The notes under the pieces are model-generated. The model did no database searches and had not been told where the DNA came from. It worked only from the letters and a program-made list of their open reading frames with translations. Shown one piece after another: positions 59,833 through 64,000 of a stretch of 64,000 bases of DNA (positions are counted from its first letter, which is position 1; each line of letters opens with the position of its first letter). The DNA lies in contig CALMAY010000038.1 of the NCBI GenBank assembly GCA_937861125.1, forward strand, positions 27,942 to 91,941. Direction: 5' to 3'. A program made the translations under genes and the position numbers. This DNA is from an uncultured bacterium (GTDB lineage: Bacteria > Patescibacteriota > Patescibacteriia > Magasanikbacterales > UBA922).

Positions 59833-59994
59833 ATTATGGGCGATGCCTGTCCGCCTTGGGCGGAATACAGAAATTGCGGATGTTGTTCATATGTAGAAAT
59901 GCTTGACAAAAATCATTGGTTGTGTTATTTTTTGCTTTAAACAGGAAAAGTGCCATAATAGATTTTCGCGGGTCTTGAAGTGGTCTTTCCTGTT

Positions 59995-60066
59995 AGCGAG
60001 GTAGCTCAGTGGTAGAGCCCCGGGTTCATAACCCAGATGTCGCAGGTTCGATCCCTGCCCTCGCAA
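59995..60066 (+). tRNA. initiator tRNA-fMet (anticodon CAU), no encoded CCA
   Basis: Anticodon loop TTCATAA is closed by three consecutive G-C pairs (GGG/CCC). Position 1:72 is mismatched (A-A). T arm GCAGG-TTCGATC-CCTGC. Confidence 0.8.
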
Positions 60067-60070
60067 TTTT

Positions 60071-60112
60071 GACCCACCCCGACATCGTCGTGCGGTGGGT
60101 CTCTCTTTTTTT
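60071..60112. terminator. bidirectional terminator
   Basis: GACCCACC...GGTGGGTC followed by TCTCTTTTTTT. Confidence 0.65.
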
Positions 60113-61724
60113 ATAGACTATTTTCACTATCTACCAGTTCCATAATAACTGGTTTTTTTGTAAAGAATTTTCGTTGAATTTGTGCTTTGATAATACGTAT
60201 TTCATCAACTCGAAATAGGTAGAGGATACCTACATAGCAAAGTAGCCCTATTGTGGCAGTAATAGCTCCTTGAGTCAAGATGCCAAAGCCTGTGTCCATG
60301 TTCACTAGTAGACTAACTGGTGCCTTGAGGGATTGGATCATGAAGGCCATCACAATACTCCCTCCAGTTACCACAGACAAGAAACGAAGTAATGGTAGGG
60401 TTTTGAGGTCGTGTTGACGGTGGGTGAGGAAAAGAAAGAGAAGTGAAACCTGGACTATAGACGAGATGGAGATAGATAGTGCAAGTCCTGGAATGCCCAT
60501 GTATGGTTTGAGTATGTATCCAAGTCCAATAGCAATGAGTACTCCAAACATCGCGATAAGGGATGGGGTTTTGGTATCTTTTTTTGCAAAAAAGCCACGG
60601 GTAAGGAGTGGGATAAGACACTGTGCAAAAAGAGATAGTGCAAAAAATCCTAGGGTGTTGCCTGTGATAATAGTGTCTGTCCAGTCAAATGCACCGCTGC
60701 CAAGTAGTACACGAACAATTTGCATGCGTAGAAGTAGAAATATAATTGCAAGAGGGACAATACAGATCAAAATAGTTCGTAGTGTTTGCAAGATATGTGT
60801 CATAAATACCTCTTCTTTGCGTGATTGTGCGGCAGTGGACAGTGTTGGAAATGCAGCAATAGCAAAACTAATTCCAATGAGACCGATTGGAAATGATTGA
60901 ATATTGTTGGCAAAGGTAAACATCGAGACACCACCAGCTGTGAGGGTGGAGGCAAATCCAACCATGATAATCGTTTGTATCTGACTACTACCGAGAGAAA
61001 AGATGCGTGGGATGGATGCGGTGCACATGTGGGAGAACTCTCTGACGTCATATCCACGCACAATTGGTTTGTAACCAATATAGATGAGTGACGGGAGTTG
61101 GATGAGGAGATGGAGCGCAGCACCAATGATCACCCCATATGCAAGTGCGATGGGGCCATACGTTGGAACAAGAAAGAGTGCCCCTATGATAATACCAAGG
61201 TTGTAGAGAATTGGTGAGAGAGAGGTAACGAAAAAAAGTTTTTGTGACTGGAGAGCTCCGCTCACTACACTACTGATACCCATGATAAGTGGTGAGAATA
61301 ACATGATGCGTGTCATGAGAATACTCAAGGTTTGTGCTTCTGGTGTGAGTCCTGGTGCGAGCAGTGGTATCAATGTTGGTGTACACAGCATAAGACCAGA
61401 TATTCCAACAAATATGGTGATACCACATACTATCAGTGTAGCGTTAAAAAACTTCCACCCATTATCTGTATTTTCGTCTCTTTGGGAAATAAAAGATGGG
61501 ATAAAGCTGGCAGAGAGTGCGCCAACAATCAAGAGTGTGTAAATAAAATCAGGAATGAGAAAGGCGCTATAGTAGGCGTCAAGTGTTGGCCCGGCACCAA
61601 AGAGGTGTGCTAAAAGTCTATCACGGAGTAATCCAATAAGACGACTCAAAAATGACGCTGCACCAATAAAGAGGGCGGCATGTGTAATGGTGTCTAGTGG
61701 TTTTGAAAAAATATTTCGGATCAT
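60111..61724 (-). CDS. murJ: lipid II flippase MurJ
   Basis: SRLIGLLRDRLLAHLFGAGPTLDAYYSAF...; about 14 TM helices. Confidence 0.85.
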   Translation of the reverse strand: MIRNIFSKPLDTITHAALFIGAASFLSRLIGLLRDRLLAHLFGAGPTLDAYYSAFLIPDFIYTLLIVGALSASFIPSFISQRDENTDNGWKFFNATLIVCGITIFVGISGLMLCTPTLIPLLAPGLTPEAQTLSILMTRIMLFSPLIMGISSVVSGALQSQKLFFVTSLSPILYNLGIIIGALFLVPTYGPIALAYGVIIGAALHLLIQLPSLIYIGYKPIVRGYDVREFSHMCTASIPRIFSLGSSQIQTIIMVGFASTLTAGGVSMFTFANNIQSFPIGLIGISFAIAAFPTLSTAAQSRKEEVFMTHILQTLRTILICIVPLAIIFLLLRMQIVRVLLGSGAFDWTDTIITGNTLGFFALSLFAQCLIPLLTRGFFAKKDTKTPSLIAMFGVLIAIGLGYILKPYMGIPGLALSISISSIVQVSLLFLFLTHRQHDLKTLPLLRFLSVVTGGSIVMAFMIQSLKAPVSLLVNMDTGFGILTQGAITATIGLLCYVGILYLFRVDEIRIIKAQIQRKFFTKKPVIMELVDSENSL

Positions 61725-61738
61725 GCACTATCTATATA

Positions 61739-62662
61739 CTAAAGCCATTTTTTTCGTCTCATGTACATGATAAACAACATAGTCAGTATGCCGAGAAGTC
61801 CAAACATTGACCAGACAATTATCGGGTGATTGGCATATGGTAGATGAACAAGGTTCATGCCATAGATACTACTCAGTAGGGTAAACGGCATGAGTCCCAC
61901 AGAGATAAAGGTCAAGAAACTGATCACCTGTGTGGTACGTTGATTGGTCACTGATTCGAGGGTAACATGAAGTCCCTCAATCGTGTCACGAAATGATTCG
62001 AGTATAGACCATTGTTTGTTGAGGAAGTCTGTCAGGTCATCAAAGTATACACCTAGTGATTCATCCAAAAAGGTACGATGTGTATGAGAGAGTGATGAAA
62101 TAAGATAGCGCTGCGGATCGATAACACGGCGGAATTTGAGGATGTCACGTCGATACATGGCAATTTCTTTGATCAATGAAATATCTGGACTATCTTGAAA
62201 AATTTCTTCTTCGGCTTCAGAGAGTCGTTTACCGAGTTCACTGAGAATTGGTTGGGTGGTATGGAGTACTGATTCGATGATGTTGTATACCAAAAAACCA
62301 GATGATCCGCTCATCCACTCATTTCGCACGTCGTCTGTTTTCATGCAACGATAAAAAATGTTTTTCATTACTGATGTACGTTCTGGTTCAATTGTGATGA
62401 CGTAGTCATCACCAAAGAAAATGTACACCTCTTGTCTGGTGATAGATTTTTTTCCATCTTTCCACTGTGGAAATTGGAGCACCAAAAAAAGATAGTCTTT
62501 GTATGTATCCAACTTTGGTACTTGGCTACCACCAGTCTGTACGTCTTCGATATCTAACGGGTGAAAGCGATGATTTTTTTCTAAAAACGCAATGGTCTCC
62601 TCGTCAGTTGAATCAATATATGTCCAGGTGAGATTTTTTTCTTTGATTTTTTTCATTGACAT
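61739..62662 (-). CDS. corA: magnesium/cobalt transporter CorA
   Basis: YGMN motif (SIYGMNLVHLP) before the last TM helix; two C-terminal TM helices. Confidence 0.85.
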   Translation of the reverse strand: MSMKKIKEKNLTWTYIDSTDEETIAFLEKNHRFHPLDIEDVQTGGSQVPKLDTYKDYLFLVLQFPQWKDGKKSITRQEVYIFFGDDYVITIEPERTSVMKNIFYRCMKTDDVRNEWMSGSSGFLVYNIIESVLHTTQPILSELGKRLSEAEEEIFQDSPDISLIKEIAMYRRDILKFRRVIDPQRYLISSLSHTHRTFLDESLGVYFDDLTDFLNKQWSILESFRDTIEGLHVTLESVTNQRTTQVISFLTFISVGLMPFTLLSSIYGMNLVHLPYANHPIIVWSMFGLLGILTMLFIMYMRRKKWL

Positions 62663-62684
62663 AAGACAGGCGTATTAAAAAATT

Positions 62685-63371
62685 CTAAGGAAGTTCGGTA
62701 ATATTGAGTTCCAAAATGACTTCGTCTGTACCACGATCAGTTGGGGATGGATCAATAATGCGGAGTGTTCCGTTGATTGGCTCACTTGTGTGGGTAAAAG
62801 TAATTTCTTCGGAATACTGTGGAGTGACTGGTGTGGTGGTGACGATAAATCCTGTTTTTGTTAATTCGTCAGTGTAGTATTCCTTGATAAATGAAGGTCT
62901 AGCGGAGAGATGTGTCCAGTGGATAGTAAAGGTGCTGTTGTTGGCAAAAAGAGGTTTGTTGATAATTTGTTTGAAGCGATCTGTACCACTGAGATTGCGT
63001 GTGTCTGAGAGAATTTGATAGTTGCTCGGGAGATATTGTTCAACCATGAGGTACAGTGGTGTGATAATGACTTTTGGGACGTAGGCGAGACGTTCGAGCG
63101 TATTACCTTTTTCCTGTGCTGAGAGGTAGGTGATACCCTCGATGTTCTCCTTGTCATACATTGGGATAAGGTTACTGGGGAATGAATCAGGAAGTGTCTT
63201 GAACTCTTTGAGACTTGGTACAGCCAAAAGACGTACCAAAAGCAAAAAGGCGATACAGATAAGAAAGAGGCATCCGCACCCTCCAAAACAACTTCGTTTG
63301 AGGCATGATCGGTTTTTTCCGAGGGTCTGGATGGTTGGTTCTTGGATTTCAATTGTTTCGCGTTTTGGCAT
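62685..63371 (-). CDS. hypothetical membrane-anchored extracytoplasmic protein
   Basis: Track ORF. Cys-rich juxtamembrane segment CLKRSCFGGCGCLFLIC followed by a TM helix. No motif recognised. Confidence 0.45.
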   Translation of the reverse strand: MPKRETIEIQEPTIQTLGKNRSCLKRSCFGGCGCLFLICIAFLLLVRLLAVPSLKEFKTLPDSFPSNLIPMYDKENIEGITYLSAQEKGNTLERLAYVPKVIITPLYLMVEQYLPSNYQILSDTRNLSGTDRFKQIINKPLFANNSTFTIHWTHLSARPSFIKEYYTDELTKTGFIVTTTPVTPQYSEEITFTHTSEPINGTLRIIDPSPTDRGTDEVILELNITELP

Positions 63372-63630
63372 AGGGATATGTGTGATAGTATATCACGATT
63401 GAGGTGTTTAGTCCACTCGTTTGTGTGTCTAGATGACTTTTAAAGATACAAATTATTTTGCCACAGCATTATCCAGTCTCGCGACGGAAAAGATACAAGG
63501 ATACAAACAAATTAAAAATATCGACTGATGCAATGTATTGGAATTTTTAATTTGGTTATTGTTTGCATCTTGTGTCCTTTTTCTTTTTTCTTTTCTTTTG
63601 TATACTAGATATATTCTAAATATAACGTCT

Positions 63631-64000
63631 ATGAAACTCCATTTCTGCGGTGCCAATAAAGAAGTTACCGGTTCATGCCACCTCCTAGAAGTTGCGGGAA
63701 AAAAGTTGTTGATTGACTGTGGGATGTATCAGGGAAGTGATTATGCTGAAGGAAAAAACTTTGAAGATTTTCCATTTGATGTTCGTAGTGTTGATGCAGT
63801 GCTTGTTACGCACGCCCACCTCGACCACATCGGGCGTCTGCCAAAGTTGTTTACTGATGGATATCACGGACCTGTGTATGCGACCCATGCGACGTGCGAT
63901 ATCATTCCACTTGAGCTCGATGATGCGTATCAGATTATGGCGTACAATCATCGTAAGTTTCAGTATCCAATGCTCTACAGAGAAGAGGATATTGCAAAAC
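63631..64000 (+). CDS. 5' part of an MBL-fold (beta-CASP/RNase J-like) metallo-hydrolase, running off the right edge
   Basis: Hand translation: MKLHFCGANKEVTGSCHLLEVAGKKLLIDCGMYQG...VDAVLVTHAHLDHIGRLP (HxHxDH). Absent from the track because no stop falls in the window. Confidence 0.7.
   Translation, partial: MKLHFCGANKEVTGSCHLLEVAGKKLLIDCGMYQGSDYAEGKNFEDFPFDVRSVDAVLVTHAHLDHIGRLPKLFTDGYHGPVYATHATCDIIPLELDDAYQIMAYNHRKFQYPMLYREEDIAK

Noticed and set aside
63453-63656. 67-aa minus-strand ORF in the 63.4-63.6 kb intergenic region (and 63685..63951 antisense to the MBL gene)
   Set aside because: The peptide is low-complexity and Lys/Asn-rich, spans promoter-like sequence and overlaps the start of the well-supported MBL-fold gene.
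1-64000. CRISPR arrays, transposases, integrases, restriction-modification, toxin-antitoxin or other known defence modules
   Set aside because: No regularly spaced repeats and no recognisable catalytic motifs of these families were seen in any ORF. The short repeat families found occur as single or double copies, not arrays.

Overview
Dense (~90% coding), moderately AT-rich chromosomal window that uses the standard code (TGA is seen as a stop). Gene content and style suggest a small-genome CPR/Patescibacteria-like bacterium; this is an inference from short housekeeping genes, DUF4012, MreB without MreCD and many orphan membrane proteins. Recognisable genes: tsaD, rplJ-rplL, mreB, holB, frr, dtd, zupT, glyQS, tpiA, bcp, mutM, nfo, rpmG, uppP, cca, yidC, an hrcA-grpE-hsp20-dnaK-dnaJ block, rnhA, recJ, lepA, murJ and corA. 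There are also ABC and ABC-F ATPases, several glycosyltransferases, an ECF sigma with a candidate anti-sigma, and seven tRNAs (Glu, Thr x2, Tyr, Trp, Val, initiator Met). No rRNA, CRISPR array, transposase, integrase or recognisable defence system was seen. Most notable observations: (1) the tRNA-Glu locus carries a 297-bp cassette encoding only an 81-aa GIY-YIG protein, bounded by 38-bp direct repeats of the tRNA 5' half. (2) The glyQS leader reads as a minimal glycine T-box: K-turn, hairpin loop with GGC-A, UGGAACC bulge, terminator. (3) A 120-bp palindromic element sits in frame inside essential tsaD. (4) A 1655-aa GLUG-repeat surface protein has a peptidoglycan-binding C-terminus with a sharply different base composition. 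(5) Three perfect DnaA boxes are all intergenic, one abutting the CIRCE-controlled hrcA promoter. Promoters follow TTGACA-N17-TATACT, start codons lack Shine-Dalgarno motifs, and some genes look leaderless. All product calls come from motif recognition by eye; no searches were run.
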